64,000 bases of DNA, taken from the IMG/VR virus record IMGVR_UViG_3300028859_000015. The stretch is one strand, 5' to 3'. This document shows positions 8,195-19,216 of the stretch, one piece after another (positions within the stretch are counted from its first letter, which is position 1; every line of letters starts with the position of its first letter). Origin of the DNA: a virus (taxonomy: Duplodnaviria; Heunggongvirae; Uroviricota; Caudoviricetes). The translations under genes and the position numbers were made by a program. The notes beneath the pieces are model-generated. The model had not been told where the DNA came from. It did no database searches and saw nothing but the letters and a program-made list of their open reading frames with translations.

Positions 8195-10574
8195 TTGTTT
8201 CTCCTTCTTGAAGAATATTAGAGACTTCTTCTACTACTATAGTTGTAGAAGTATCTTTAGCTTTATGACCGCGTTTTTTAATTACTTCTACAGGTAAATA
8301 CGGAGTTTCAAGAAGTGCTAACTCTTGTAAAAGCAGCTCTGACTGTTCTAAGAATAGTTTATTTAACTCATGAGTAGCAGATTCTTCTAAATTAAGAATG
8401 TTTTTAGAGATTTCCTCTAAAGTGGGTCTTACATTTTTAAACCAATTATAATAATCTGTAAAGGTCTTACTCTTTTTTAATGCTGTAAATGTATCTAATA
8501 CATCTTGACCATATGTAAAACAATTAGAGTATGGTATCAATTCATTAGAAATGCTAACATAGTTCTCATCTTTTCTACATTCTAATTCATCAGATTGTTG
8601 TTGGTCAGTAGATAAAAAGTTATTAGAATATAAATAATACAATAGCTTACCAGTTAATTTTGAATAGTAATAACTATCAGTGGATAAATATTTGGTATCT
8701 GTTCTAAAATAGTCTTGCTTCATTTCAGAGTAGATATTTGAACCCAATTTAAAGATATTTAAATTTCCTGAAGATGGAGAAAAGTAACTTATATCCTGTA
8801 ATGAGGATGAGAAAAAGGACTCATGAAAATTACACAATAAATGTTTGAATACATTATTTATCTGTTGTTGATAAGGTATTCTATTAAAAGCTTTGTAAGA
8901 AGTTCCAAGTATAAATGACTCTATACACTGCTTAAAAGGAGTTCCCTCATAAGAAGTATCCTTATATAAATCTGAAATAGTGAGTGCTGCTATTGGCTTT
9001 AATTTACTAGCAGACGTGGTTTTAAAGTCTGTTAATTGCTTAATAAACTCTTCAGATAATTTATCATTTATTTGTATTTCTGAAGTTTCTTCTGGATTAG
9101 AAAAAGTATTAAAAAAGATATTTCCTGTAGCATATTTGGTGTCTGGAGATAAGGCCTCTAAAATAGACGCTTTGAAATTATATTTTTTATTTACTAATCC
9201 AGTCTCAAAATCTCTTATTGAAAATAATCTAACTGCCATATCTATTACTGGAGCCATGGCAGTGGAGATTTTTCTAGTTATTGCTGTCTTTTTAGCAGCC
9301 TCTTTTGCTAAAGAAGTCTTACTTAATAAAATTATTTTCTTATCTTTATTTTTTATTGGTATATATCTTCTATTAATAGACTCTATTTCAGAAATCATTG
9401 AATTAGGTTTCATAGCAAATTCAGTTTTTAGAAATTTCTCTTTAGATGTGGTTACTGACATTGCCTCTTTATTATCTAGATACATTTGTTTAATAGAGTC
9501 TATAAATTCAGAATTCAACTCTATATATTCCTCTACTCCTAAACTACGAGAAATTTCAGTAGTAGTTAAATTATCACTGTTTATAAATATAAAGGAATTA
9601 CCAATCCCGGAAGTATATCCTCTTTTGGAAGAATTAGAAAATTCAAATATGGGATTTAAAGATATACTATCATTTAATGCTTGGGATGAAAAGACCTCAT
9701 CAAAGGTCCTTGTAAGAGATGCTGTATTATAGCTAAAATTAAGAGGAGACTTTGATGGAAAAGAGCCTAATAATGTATATACTTTATTATCAAGGTAAGT
9801 AAAACCTGATAATCCCATGAAATCTGGGCCTAACGTTATAGATGTTGAATCTGACCAAGAAAATAAAGGAGATAAAGCTGCTATTAATTGGCTTCTATGT
9901 CTTATAAAAGAAGAAGTATCATGTATTAACTCAGATGGAATTTCTAACTCTTCTTTTATTAAAGTTTTTACTGAGGATGTAGGTAGATTGAAAGTTAATT
10001 TATTATATATACTAAGAATTTCATCTTCTGGAAGATTTGCTATAGAATTAATCCTATCAACTGCTTCAAAAGCAAAGGCTCTATAGGAATTAGCACTTAT
10101 TATTTTACCTTTATATAAATTTAAAAACATTCCAGATTGTAAGGTCTCAAAAAAGAAAGTATAAGAAGTAGCTACATTTCTATATAGCTCAGAGGCTTCA
10201 GAAACTTCTTGATTTGTAAATAAAGTTGTTGCCTTTTTAATTATAGGTATAAATAAGCTATTAACATAGTATTTAGTGTACATAGATGGAGTATCATATA
10301 TAAAATTACATGTCTCAGACCACTTACTTTCTGAATATACTCTGGAACCTGCTGGACTTCCACAATAGATATAAACTCTTGTTGGATTTTTTTCATTGAT
10401 AAATTCTGATAGTATTGTTTCTTTACCTTTATAAATTCTTTCATATAATTCTAAATAATTTTCTAAATTTTTAGCCTTTAAAATTTTAATTGGGTATTTA
10501 GCTGCTGTTTTTCCAAATAGCAATAGTCTTTCTTCTTCTGACAAAACTCTATAATTTAAAGTGTAATCAGTCAT
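8166..10574 (-). CDS. large hypothetical protein (802 aa)
   Basis: Longest ORF in the window. No motif recognisable by eye. Ser/Thr/Asn-rich. Confidence 0.55.
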   Translation of the reverse strand: MTDYTLNYRVLSEEERLLLFGKTAAKYPIKILKAKNLENYLELYERIYKGKETILSEFINEKNPTRVYIYCGSPAGSRVYSESKWSETCNFIYDTPSMYTKYYVNSLFIPIIKKATTLFTNQEVSEASELYRNVATSYTFFFETLQSGMFLNLYKGKIISANSYRAFAFEAVDRINSIANLPEDEILSIYNKLTFNLPTSSVKTLIKEELEIPSELIHDTSSFIRHRSQLIAALSPLFSWSDSTSITLGPDFMGLSGFTYLDNKVYTLLGSFPSKSPLNFSYNTASLTRTFDEVFSSQALNDSISLNPIFEFSNSSKRGYTSGIGNSFIFINSDNLTTTEISRSLGVEEYIELNSEFIDSIKQMYLDNKEAMSVTTSKEKFLKTEFAMKPNSMISEIESINRRYIPIKNKDKKIILLSKTSLAKEAAKKTAITRKISTAMAPVIDMAVRLFSIRDFETGLVNKKYNFKASILEALSPDTKYATGNIFFNTFSNPEETSEIQINDKLSEEFIKQLTDFKTTSASKLKPIAALTISDLYKDTSYEGTPFKQCIESFILGTSYKAFNRIPYQQQINNVFKHLLCNFHESFFSSSLQDISYFSPSSGNLNIFKLGSNIYSEMKQDYFRTDTKYLSTDSYYYSKLTGKLLYYLYSNNFLSTDQQQSDELECRKDENYVSISNELIPYSNCFTYGQDVLDTFTALKKSKTFTDYYNWFKNVRPTLEEISKNILNLEESATHELNKLFLEQSELLLQELALLETPYLPVEVIKKRGHKAKDTSTTIVVEEVSNILQEGETNGESGTINE

Positions 10575-10586
10575 TAGTGTTCCTTA

Positions 10587-11171
10587 TTAGTTTTTACTCA
10601 TTAATTTAGCATTATTAGACATTAGAAATGGAGTGATATCGAAGAACGCAAAATTAGCCATAAGTAGTTTACTAGTGGCAATTTTAGGATAAGCTATCTC
10701 AATGGAGAAGCCTTTTGTAAAAAATCCTGCTATAACTTCATACCAAGTAGATGAGCCATTGACAAAAATTATATCTGTTAGATGTGGATTTACAAGATAA
10801 TTTCCTTCATCATCTATTAAAGGAGAAATTACATTTTGCCAAATAGCATCTAATACGGATTCCATGTTTCCCGTTTCCTTATCATAGGAAACTCTTAATG
10901 GAGTCCAGCCAAAGGTAGTTAATTTCTGTACAAACTTTTGATTGTTTTGTAATTGTGTTAAAGACCTAGTATTTGATGAAATATCTTGTTGAGATACTAC
11001 ATAGGCAGATAGTAAATTTCTATCTTGGCCAACTAAATATTGTAAAAGGTCTTTATAGTCAACCCTTAACTTAGAATAACTACCATCAGCATTTTTAATA
11101 GAGTGGTTTAAAGTCCCTGTAAAATTAGCACAATTCAATACTATAATACAGTTACGCATAATTTCTCCCAT
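10587..11171 (-). CDS. hypothetical protein, possible NYN/PIN-like nuclease domain
   Basis: IIVLNCANF near the N-term and DIIFVNGSSTWYEVI near the C-term resemble the acidic-residue strands of NYN/LabA-like domains. Weak evidence. Confidence 0.3.
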   Translation of the reverse strand: MGEIMRNCIIVLNCANFTGTLNHSIKNADGSYSKLRVDYKDLLQYLVGQDRNLLSAYVVSQQDISSNTRSLTQLQNNQKFVQKLTTFGWTPLRVSYDKETGNMESVLDAIWQNVISPLIDDEGNYLVNPHLTDIIFVNGSSTWYEVIAGFFTKGFSIEIAYPKIATSKLLMANFAFFDITPFLMSNNAKLMSKN

Positions 11172-11182
11172 TTTAATAGAGG

Positions 11183-12058
11183 TTATTGGGGTATGTAAAT
11201 AGATTTAATCTCTTCACAAAGTTTATACTGAAGAAAATTTATGGCTTGATTTTTAAGTAAGGAAACCATAGAATTTTTAGACTCATGGGAAAGTTTTCCA
11301 AGTTCTTTTCTTAGACTATCACAACAAAAAGCTATGAAGTCTAAAGGTTTATCAGCTTGTTCTAAGGTTGCTAAAATAAGATTACTATCTTCAGATAAAA
11401 AGGAAGATAGCTCATTTGTTTTTAGATAATTTAAAGTTATAAAATATAATTTAACTAAGCTAGGTAGTTTAGGATATATTACTTTTATTTTTTCTTTGTA
11501 GGAATATCTACCTGTAACTTCTACTATTTCTCTACCTACAGCTTCTAAACTACCTAAGACAGAGATAGCTAAGATATATTTAGAAGGTAAAAAATTAGAT
11601 TTAATAGAGAAGAAAAAAGTATCAAAATCTCTACTCTTCCAAATTATATTACTTTCCTCTAAAAACATTGAAAAGAAAGGGTCCATTGAGTTTACTAAAT
11701 TAAAATTACAAAATCTGGCCATAGTGCTTACTATAATTTTAGATATATCTGAGAAACAATCAGAAAATTCTTGAAGAAGATATTTATTCTCTTCACTAAC
11801 ACGGGACATAAAAAAGGAAAAGACTTCAGTGTTAGTATATACAGTCTCATAAATAGCTTCAATAGAACTTCCTGACACATACTTAGTAAGGATAGATGAC
11901 ATAGTTGGAGTATAAACTAAGTGTAAGGTTTTTTCTATTCTCTCAAAATTAGTTGACAAAGTTTGTTCCATTACAGCATACTCAATAGAAATATTTGAAA
12001 TTTTATTTATAGTTTCAATACATTTTATTAGATTAGGCATTTGTATCATTAACTCCAA
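11183..12058 (-). CDS. hypothetical protein
   Basis: 291-aa ORF within the operon. Confidence 0.45.
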   Translation of the reverse strand: MELMIQMPNLIKCIETINKISNISIEYAVMEQTLSTNFERIEKTLHLVYTPTMSSILTKYVSGSSIEAIYETVYTNTEVFSFFMSRVSEENKYLLQEFSDCFSDISKIIVSTMARFCNFNLVNSMDPFFSMFLEESNIIWKSRDFDTFFFSIKSNFLPSKYILAISVLGSLEAVGREIVEVTGRYSYKEKIKVIYPKLPSLVKLYFITLNYLKTNELSSFLSEDSNLILATLEQADKPLDFIAFCCDSLRKELGKLSHESKNSMVSLLKNQAINFLQYKLCEEIKSIYIPQ

Positions 12059-12737
12059 TCAAGTAGTATTTTAAGTTATAGCTTTTAGCTACTAAGAAGT
12101 CATAGCGGTTATATTGTAGCTTTCTAATTCCTTTTGGAACTATCTTACAAAATAATGGGTAAGAGTTTCTTTGTATTTCCAACTCTATTTCAGATAAAGG
12201 TAATCTATAAAAATTCTCTTCCTTTGTTATTGAGAAGCCATATAAAATAATGTGTCCATTCTTCTTTGAGGTTAACAGTTGTTTAAAGTCATTATTAAAA
12301 GCAAAAGCAGTTAATCCTGAAGAGACTGAATAATCACTCCCTATGTATAAACAAGAAACAGAAGCTTCCACAGTGTCCTTTGTTATATTATTTTTTACAT
12401 ACCACTCTATTTGTGGTAATTTTCCAATATTTAAGACAGTAGAAATCAATTCAGTTGGAAATAGCATGGATAAACAAAGAGCAGCATATAATTTAGCAGG
12501 CTCATAGGAATATTTTATAGTTTCTTTAATAAACTTACTTTCACAAATAAATGAATCAAGTAAGGAAATTTCATAATATTGAACATTATACTTAGTTTTT
12601 ATATTGATTAGATTAGTTAAAGATATCAAAGTGCTTGTTTTAGGAGATATTTCAGGCCCCAAAAATATTTCAGCATGATGATTATGTGAGAACTCAATTA
12701 GTTCTTTTAGAGTCTCTTCTAAATTAAACATACTCAA
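12033..12737 (-). CDS. hypothetical protein
   Basis: 234-aa ORF overlapping both neighbours. Confidence 0.45.
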   Translation of the reverse strand: MSMFNLEETLKELIEFSHNHHAEIFLGPEISPKTSTLISLTNLINIKTKYNVQYYEISLLDSFICESKFIKETIKYSYEPAKLYAALCLSMLFPTELISTVLNIGKLPQIEWYVKNNITKDTVEASVSCLYIGSDYSVSSGLTAFAFNNDFKQLLTSKKNGHIILYGFSITKEENFYRLPLSEIELEIQRNSYPLFCKIVPKGIRKLQYNRYDFLVAKSYNLKYYLIGVNDTNA

Positions 12738-13506
12738 TATCCATTCCTGATATCTCTTTATTTATTAGATTATTAAATTGAGCCATAACTTCATTATTTG
12801 GAATTCTAAAACCATAATTTACAGTATATTTATAAAATCTTTCAGCTGACATTTGTTTTTCATATAATGGTGATTGTCCAGTGTTTAGAAGAAGTAATTT
12901 ATTAGCTAAGCTATAAAAATAATCTGGATGAATTACTACACTATTTAATGTAAATGAAGGAAATACTGAAGATACTGGAGATGTTTCTATAGATATATCA
13001 ATTCCAAAACAAGCTGGAATAATATCAAAAGCAGAAAGTATATCATCTGCTTCTGTTGGTAAAACAGAAATTCCATTATCCACAATAGATTTTGAAATAA
13101 TTTGAATTTTATAAGGTAGCTTTTGTAATCCATCAAAAGTTATTATATCTATATGAGAATTAGTGCCAGTATTTCCAGAAATTTTTTTTGATTTAATAGA
13201 CTTTCTAATAGCATTATTATATATAGTTATTACATTAGTAGAAGAAGCTAATGGATAGATATCTACATCTGACGGAAGCTCATTAAAAAATAGGGAACGA
13301 AAAACACCTCCAGCTATACAGTATCTTCCTTGTGGTAAGATAGATATTATAGGATTTATTCCTAATTTAATAGCTGGATAAACATATCTTGAAAGTATTG
13401 ATTCGTGTGTTGGACTAAAATGTAAAGCATTAGAAGCATTTAAGGCACTACTATCTAAAACCTCCTCTAAGGAGGTTTGTGGAAAGTTTAACATAAATTT
13501 CTCCAA
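12724..13506 (-). CDS. Pol-beta-superfamily nucleotidyltransferase-like protein
   Basis: IAGGVFRSLFFNELPSDVDIY matches hG[GS]-x(9-13)-DhDh. A possible third carboxylate lies in HIDIITFDG. Confidence 0.4.
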   Translation of the reverse strand: MEKFMLNFPQTSLEEVLDSSALNASNALHFSPTHESILSRYVYPAIKLGINPIISILPQGRYCIAGGVFRSLFFNELPSDVDIYPLASSTNVITIYNNAIRKSIKSKKISGNTGTNSHIDIITFDGLQKLPYKIQIISKSIVDNGISVLPTEADDILSAFDIIPACFGIDISIETSPVSSVFPSFTLNSVVIHPDYFYSLANKLLLLNTGQSPLYEKQMSAERFYKYTVNYGFRIPNNEVMAQFNNLINKEISGMDIEYV

Positions 13507-13559
13507 AATAAGTTATTTATTAATTAGGTTAGCCACTTTTGTGTATAAACCTTCTTCAT

Positions 13560-13916
13560 TTAATGCCAACTTTCTTTCTTATATGGAGTACTAATAATCT
13601 CTTTAGCTTTTTGTTTTTCTCTGTCTAACTTTGACTGAGCTTCTATGGCAGCCATTTTAATTAGAAAAAATTTATCTATGTTGTTTCGTTCTAACCAAGA
13701 CTCTACAATGGGTAGGTCTTTCTTATTAAACATTCTATGGTCTGTATTATTAACATACTGACCTACTACAAATAACGTACTCATTACCTCGTCAAAAGAT
13801 AAGGTATCTGAATAATCACACAAGTCAAAGGCTAGCTTAACACTTAAAACCTCTTTATTCTTCTTTGGATTCACTTTTTGTGCAGGTGCTTCTGTGGTCT
13901 CTTTTTTCCGTGACAT
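13560..13916 (-). CDS. hypothetical protein
   Basis: 118-aa ORF. Confidence 0.4.
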   Translation of the reverse strand: MSRKKETTEAPAQKVNPKKNKEVLSVKLAFDLCDYSDTLSFDEVMSTLFVVGQYVNNTDHRMFNKKDLPIVESWLERNNIDKFFLIKMAAIEAQSKLDREKQKAKEIISTPYKKESWH

Positions 13917-14059
13917 ATATAAGTCCCTTTCCGCAGCAATTACTACATATTTTTTCGATTCCTTTGCTATTTTCTACAACTCCACCATCACACATATCGC
14001 ATTCAACTTCTACTACTTTACTCATTTCTTATTTAAAACTCTCCTATACTTAATTTATA

Positions 14060-14557
14060 TTATAGAATTCTAAGTTCTTCTGGAACACCATCTTTATTAA
14101 TGAATCTAACCAACTTAATACCATGCTTTTTCAAACTATCAATACACATCTTACATGGCCTACTATTAACAAACTTTCCCAAATTATTTACCCTTGCTAC
14201 ATACATAATCAATTTAGAATTTGTATAATCATAATGTTTAATAGCACATAGGGTATTTTGTTCTGCGTGACACGAAATAGTATACTCTGTTCCATCTTCT
14301 TTTTTAACTGTATTTCCAGGTTGACTTTTACCAGTAAAGTTATTACCAGTAGCTAAAAGCCTATTACCACAAAACAAAGCAGCACCCATAAAATGGCCCA
14401 TACATCTATCTGGAGAATAACTAATAGCCTCTTTAGCAGTAGCGAAGCCCTTTACCCATCTATGGGTTAAAGGTTTTACTTTAATGTATACTGTAGAATC
14501 ATTTATCTCATACCTCTTAGAAGCAGTATACTCCATATTAAAGCCTCGCAAACCCAT
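14060..14557 (-). CDS. dCMP/cytidine deaminase family zinc enzyme
   Basis: SCHAEQN ... PCKMC zinc-binding motifs. Confidence 0.8.
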   Translation of the reverse strand: MGLRGFNMEYTASKRYEINDSTVYIKVKPLTHRWVKGFATAKEAISYSPDRCMGHFMGAALFCGNRLLATGNNFTGKSQPGNTVKKEDGTEYTISCHAEQNTLCAIKHYDYTNSKLIMYVARVNNLGKFVNSRPCKMCIDSLKKHGIKLVRFINKDGVPEELRIL

Positions 14558-14791
14558 ATAGCTCCCTTTATTTTTTCTTGTCTGTCACAGATTGGCACGT
14601 CTCAGGAATAGAGAACCCAATTTTGGATTTCTTTGGGGTTTGTTTAGTTACTTTTTTAAGATTTAAAATTAATTTGATTGGAGGAACTCTCAAAGCCCAT
14701 TGAAAATATGCCATATAAACTATAAGCATTTTACATAAAAATGGAAGCAGGAGAGTTAGTAGTAATATTACAGTTATTGACATATTAACTC

Positions 14792-15166
14792 CTAGTTAGT
14801 TTCTTCTATTTTTTCGTATTTTACAATGCCAATATACTTTATTTTAAGAGCTTTTGCTACTGCCATATTTAAATCAAGAACCCTACCTCTAACATAAGGT
14901 CCTCTATCATTTACTTTGGCAATAACACAATCCCCAGTTTTAATATTTATTATTTTTAATAAGGTACCAAAAGGAAAAGTTTTACTAGCCACTGTAAATA
15001 ATTTAGAAGTTAATCTCTCTCCAGAAGCCGTTAATTTTCCCAATAGTCTATCTGAATTATTACCATATACAGAAGCAACTCCTGTTGTAGCACCAAACAA
15101 ATGACTGCTTATTAACATATGTATAGTTATATATGTAGTTATCTTTTTTATTATTTTTATAGTCAT
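14792..15166 (-). CDS. RlpA-like double-psi beta-barrel (DPBB) protein with N-terminal signal/TM segment
   Basis: ASVYG...LTASGERL...FPFGTLLKIINIKTGDCVIAKVNDRGPYVRGRVLDLNMAVAKAL matches the RlpA/expansin-like DPBB consensus. Confidence 0.7.
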   Translation of the reverse strand: MTIKIIKKITTYITIHMLISSHLFGATTGVASVYGNNSDRLLGKLTASGERLTSKLFTVASKTFPFGTLLKIINIKTGDCVIAKVNDRGPYVRGRVLDLNMAVAKALKIKYIGIVKYEKIEETN

Positions 15167-15184
15167 TAGTGTCCTTTTAGTTAA

Positions 15185-15601
15185 TTGTTAAGAGTTAAAT
15201 ATATGGTTAAACTTAAAAACGAATTAGTAAAGGGAAACAGAAGCTTAGCAGAGCAAATAACCATAGATTTGTTACGATTTAAATTTAAAAAATTAAAAGT
15301 TTTAACAAATGATAAAACAGCAATAGGAAAAGAATTAGATATATTTTTACCTGATTTTAAAATAGCAATTGAAATAGATGGTATTTTTCATCAAAGAATA
15401 GTCTACAGTGAAAAATCATTTGAAGCCACAAAGAAAAACGATTTAAGAAAAAACATTCTCTGTAAGGATGCTGGAATATTACTATTTAGAATTCCATTAC
15501 CAGAAGACAGCAGAACCTACTATACTTTTCTTAAAAAAGAAATATTAGAAAATATTGCCCCAGCTATTTCTAATATTATTAATGCTCCTACTATTTCTTA
15601 G
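15185..15601 (+). CDS. Vsr/DUF559-like PD-(D/E)xK endonuclease domain protein (possible free-standing homing endonuclease)
   Basis: ELDIFLPDFKIAIEIDGIFHQ motif. Plus-strand gene inside a minus-strand block. Confidence 0.45.
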   Translation: MLRVKYMVKLKNELVKGNRSLAEQITIDLLRFKFKKLKVLTNDKTAIGKELDIFLPDFKIAIEIDGIFHQRIVYSEKSFEATKKNDLRKNILCKDAGILLFRIPLPEDSRTYYTFLKKEILENIAPAISNIINAPTIS

Positions 15602-16208
15602 TATAAGTAAACATTGTTTGTATGTCTTTTCTTTCTCGTTTAATTAGCTCAAACTCTGCTGTTGAGAAAGAGTATGTCTTTCTGTCTTGTTTTTGTTTAT
15701 ATTGTCCAGAATGACGAATGTAAGAAGCCTCTGTAAATTTCAAGACACCAAAAGATTCCAAAAATTCTATAAATTCTTTGCCTAATTTTAATTGTATTAT
15801 CATGGTAAATAGGCTATTATGTTTATTTGTAAAGTCTTCATCTAGAAATAGTTGAGGGTCTTTTTGAAATAAAAAGGCTCCAACTAATGACGATTGTTTA
15901 GCATAATTACACAAAGAAGTCATAACGGAAAAGGCCAGCACAGCGTATAATTGGTCTATATCTTCTTCTTTAACCCAAATTTCTGTGCTTCCAAGACTGT
16001 AGGAAGTATCTAATGAAACTCCATTTATAAAATACTCTAAAATATCTGTTCCGCCCAAATAAAATTGGGTGATATTCCAATTCCTACGTCTAGAAAAAGT
16101 TTCTCCTGGTTTCATATTCCAAGTGTAGGCTTGTTTTAGTTGTCCGGAAAGTGTTTGAGCACTTACAAGGTTTAATAAAGAATAGAACACATCTGTTTTT
16201 TTAGCCAA
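15591..16208 (-). CDS. hypothetical protein
   Basis: 205-aa ORF. Confidence 0.4.
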   Translation of the reverse strand: MAKKTDVFYSLLNLVSAQTLSGQLKQAYTWNMKPGETFSRRRNWNITQFYLGGTDILEYFINGVSLDTSYSLGSTEIWVKEEDIDQLYAVLAFSVMTSLCNYAKQSSLVGAFLFQKDPQLFLDEDFTNKHNSLFTMIIQLKLGKEFIEFLESFGVLKFTEASYIRHSGQYKQKQDRKTYSFSTAEFELIKRERKDIQTMFTYTKK

Positions 16209-16254
16209 TTAAAATTTCTCCAAAATTAGGCTATAAGTATTAATAGACTATTAA

Positions 16255-16821
16255 CTAAAATAATTCTTCTGTATATTTTTTAGGAGTTATCCATTCACGA
16301 ATAATAAAGGGAGTTATAGCATGTATCATTTCAGTAGATTTAGTAATATTAAATACTTGTTTCCATGTTTCTTCTTTCGACTTTTGATTAGCGTCATATC
16401 TATCATATAATTTATCAAAAAGTTCTTCATCTTTTGTTGTCCAATTATTTGACATATATAAACAAAGTCCTCTAAAACCTAACGAACAATTCATGAAGGG
16501 ACCAGTACACCAAAGGTCATCATCCAGTAATAATATGTCTTTGTCATCTACGTCAGCCATTAATAAGATTTGATTTGTTCCTTGCTTTTGTTGATGCTTA
16601 AAACATCTTAAAACTTCTTTAATATCTGTCTGCCACCAAACTGCTGCTGAACTAAATTCATTTTTTTTGATTGTATTATATTGCTCCATTAACCATCTGT
16701 AAGGTCTTTCAAAGGACTTATCACCTTCTAACATACCGCATTTATTAAAATCTGGAGTATATATTCCATAAATAGTTAAACTCTCTAAAACTTCTAGAGA
16801 TTGTATGGTATATAATCTCAA
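16255..16821 (-). CDS. hypothetical protein
   Basis: 188-aa ORF. Confidence 0.4.
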   Translation of the reverse strand: MRLYTIQSLEVLESLTIYGIYTPDFNKCGMLEGDKSFERPYRWLMEQYNTIKKNEFSSAAVWWQTDIKEVLRCFKHQQKQGTNQILLMADVDDKDILLLDDDLWCTGPFMNCSLGFRGLCLYMSNNWTTKDEELFDKLYDRYDANQKSKEETWKQVFNITKSTEMIHAITPFIIREWITPKKYTEELF

Positions 16822-17609
16822 GGTATTTCTCCAATTAAAGAGTTAAGCCAAAAGTTTCTTTGTATAGGTTATTAATTCCTATAACTAGAGCACGAAACTC
16901 ATACACCGTCAGTTGAATTTCTTTATCTTCTTTAATTATTGTCAGTAATTCTCCATTTTCTGACATATTTATTATGATATTAGGAGTGATTATTCTTTTA
17001 TGTGACATAGATAGAAGCGGAACCAATTAAAGCTCCGTCATTGTTGATATACTTAACTTTAATATTTCCTCCAGTATATCCTAGCCTGTAAGCCATTCTG
17101 CGAGCTAATATTGAGGCCTCTGATAAACTAGAGGCTTCTCCTACAAAATTATTCTCTACTATAACTTTTATGGTATTCAACTATTCTCCAATACTTTCAT
17201 CGTTTTCTTTATTTTTAATATATAAAACATCTTTATTCAATAGAAATAAATTTGTCATAAAAGCTATTTCTCGTTTCTCTATCTCATTTCTCGCTTTAGC
17301 TAATCTATTGTATACATTTTCTGGATTTTCTGTAATTGTATCAGAAATAATCTCTCCATATTTAGGAGAATATTTTATAGAGAAGGTAGCCTTTTCCGTA
17401 TCTAAAATTACTGCTCCTTCTATAATTTTTGAGGATATTCTGTCAAAAAACTCTTCCTCTAAATCTTCTACAATATCTAATTTTAGAACCATTCCCAACT
17501 CAGTTAACGCATAGCAAATCATATAATTACCATAAAAAAGTATAAATTTTTGACTTAACTCATAGATTTCTTAATAAGTGCTACAGTAAGTTGAAATTCT
17601 ATCTTATTT

Positions 17610-18695
17610 TTAACTTTTGTGATTTTTAAGAGCCCGTAACCAGTCCTTTAATGACTGTTTACTGTAATTATTAAGAAATCTATGGCAGAACTTTTGATAT
17701 AAACCAGTATTTCTTAAATACCACGCAATATTTATTTTTTTAAGTATATCTTTGCTACTAGTTGGATCTGCGTGTACGATACATGGAGACCACAAAGACT
17801 CTTTTGAAGTCACTATAGGTAATCCAACATGTACCATATCAGCACTTACTATATTATAAGTTTCTGAAAAACTTACTTGTAATCCTATATCCATTGTTTT
17901 TAATAAGCTAAGAAACTCATCATGTGGATACCAACCGTGCTCTATTAGTTCAGCAGCAGGTAATTTATTAAATAAAAGCCGTAAATTCTTTAATACATTT
18001 TCACTTATAGAGCCTCCCTCAACTCTTCCTCCATTTATATGAAATCTTAGTTTTTTATGCTTATTTTTGGCAAAGTTAATAGCAGCAACTGCTTGTAGTA
18101 GTTGGTTCTTAAGTGGTCGTATAGCACCAAAACATGCCACATCTAAATATTCTGATTCTTTTTTTGAGAGTTTAGATTCATGTCCTAATAAGGTATACAT
18201 GTTTGGAAGGTATATTACTTTTTTATTTTGTAATGGATAAGCTGCTTCAACTAAAGCTGACATATCATAAAAAGACCTATAAGAATTGGCTGCTATATTA
18301 ACATTTTTATAGGCTAAATATCTTAAAGACCAATCCATTATAATTCCCTCCTGAGCTGCAAAGGGTATTTCTGAATGGTTTCTTACAATCCAAGTAATAT
18401 TAGGATGAAGTTTAGTAAGAATTTCAAATTTTTCTGGAACTACCCAAAAAGCTTCTATAATAACAACATCAGGTTTAAATCTTGTTGTCTCCCTATCTAT
18501 ACTGTTATTATCTTCTACTTGAACTAATTCAGCTTCAATTTCTTTTGTTGTATTTAAAGCATCACAAACAAAAGTTGCTGAATTTAGTAAGCCAGAACTT
18601 AAAGAATAGTTATTAATACTAGTAGATTTAATAGAGGCATTCCAATAGGATTCTCTATGTTTTAGAATAAATTGAACTTTTATCTTGTCTGACAT
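17610..18695 (-). CDS. glycosyltransferase (GT-B fold, GT4-like)
   Basis: C-terminal half resembles GT1/GT4 nucleotide-sugar binding domains (…GLQVSFSETYNIVSADMVHVGLPIVTS). Confidence 0.45.
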   Translation of the reverse strand: MSDKIKVQFILKHRESYWNASIKSTSINNYSLSSGLLNSATFVCDALNTTKEIEAELVQVEDNNSIDRETTRFKPDVVIIEAFWVVPEKFEILTKLHPNITWIVRNHSEIPFAAQEGIIMDWSLRYLAYKNVNIAANSYRSFYDMSALVEAAYPLQNKKVIYLPNMYTLLGHESKLSKKESEYLDVACFGAIRPLKNQLLQAVAAINFAKNKHKKLRFHINGGRVEGGSISENVLKNLRLLFNKLPAAELIEHGWYPHDEFLSLLKTMDIGLQVSFSETYNIVSADMVHVGLPIVTSKESLWSPCIVHADPTSSKDILKKINIAWYLRNTGLYQKFCHRFLNNYSKQSLKDWLRALKNHKS

Positions 18696-19216
18696 TATAT
18701 TCCCAAAATTCTTCGTACGTTATAGTATCTATTAATATATTACCATTAAAGTTAAGCACATTTTCAAATTTAAAAAACATATTTAAAGAACCATACTGCT
18801 CTTCATATAACTTAATTGCTGATATTACTTTTTCGTCATTTCTTAGAGATTTATCCCATATATTAAAATCTAATGTATTTTTTATAGTTAGACAACAAGC
18901 CTTGGGACAATTTTGTTGTAGGAAAAAAATAAAACTATCTGGAAGTTTTTTATAAAAATTCTTAAAAAGAAGAATAGATATCATTTTTTCCTTTCGGAGG
19001 ATAATATCAATAGCAATAAAAAAATAGTACCAAAAAGAAAAATATCCAATAGTCTATCTGCTTTTTTAGGAAGAGATACTTTACTCTGTTTTATTTTATT
19101 AAACATAAGTAATGTAAGAATTGTATTTAAAATAAAATATAACAGTATAAAATACATACTAACCCCTACATATTTATAAACTTAATTAGATATGTGGGCT
19201 ACTACTAATACTTACA

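Noticed and set aside
8980-9732. 250-aa plus-strand ORF inside the 802-aa minus-strand gene. The same applies to 9817-10086, 147-368, 5915-6133, 6197-6430, 36120-36410, 51359-51796 and 34297-34518.
   Set aside because: They are shadow ORFs on the opposite strand or an alternative frame of longer, motif-bearing genes. Their composition is low-complexity (Leu/Ile/Phe-rich from AT-rich antisense) and they have no SD.
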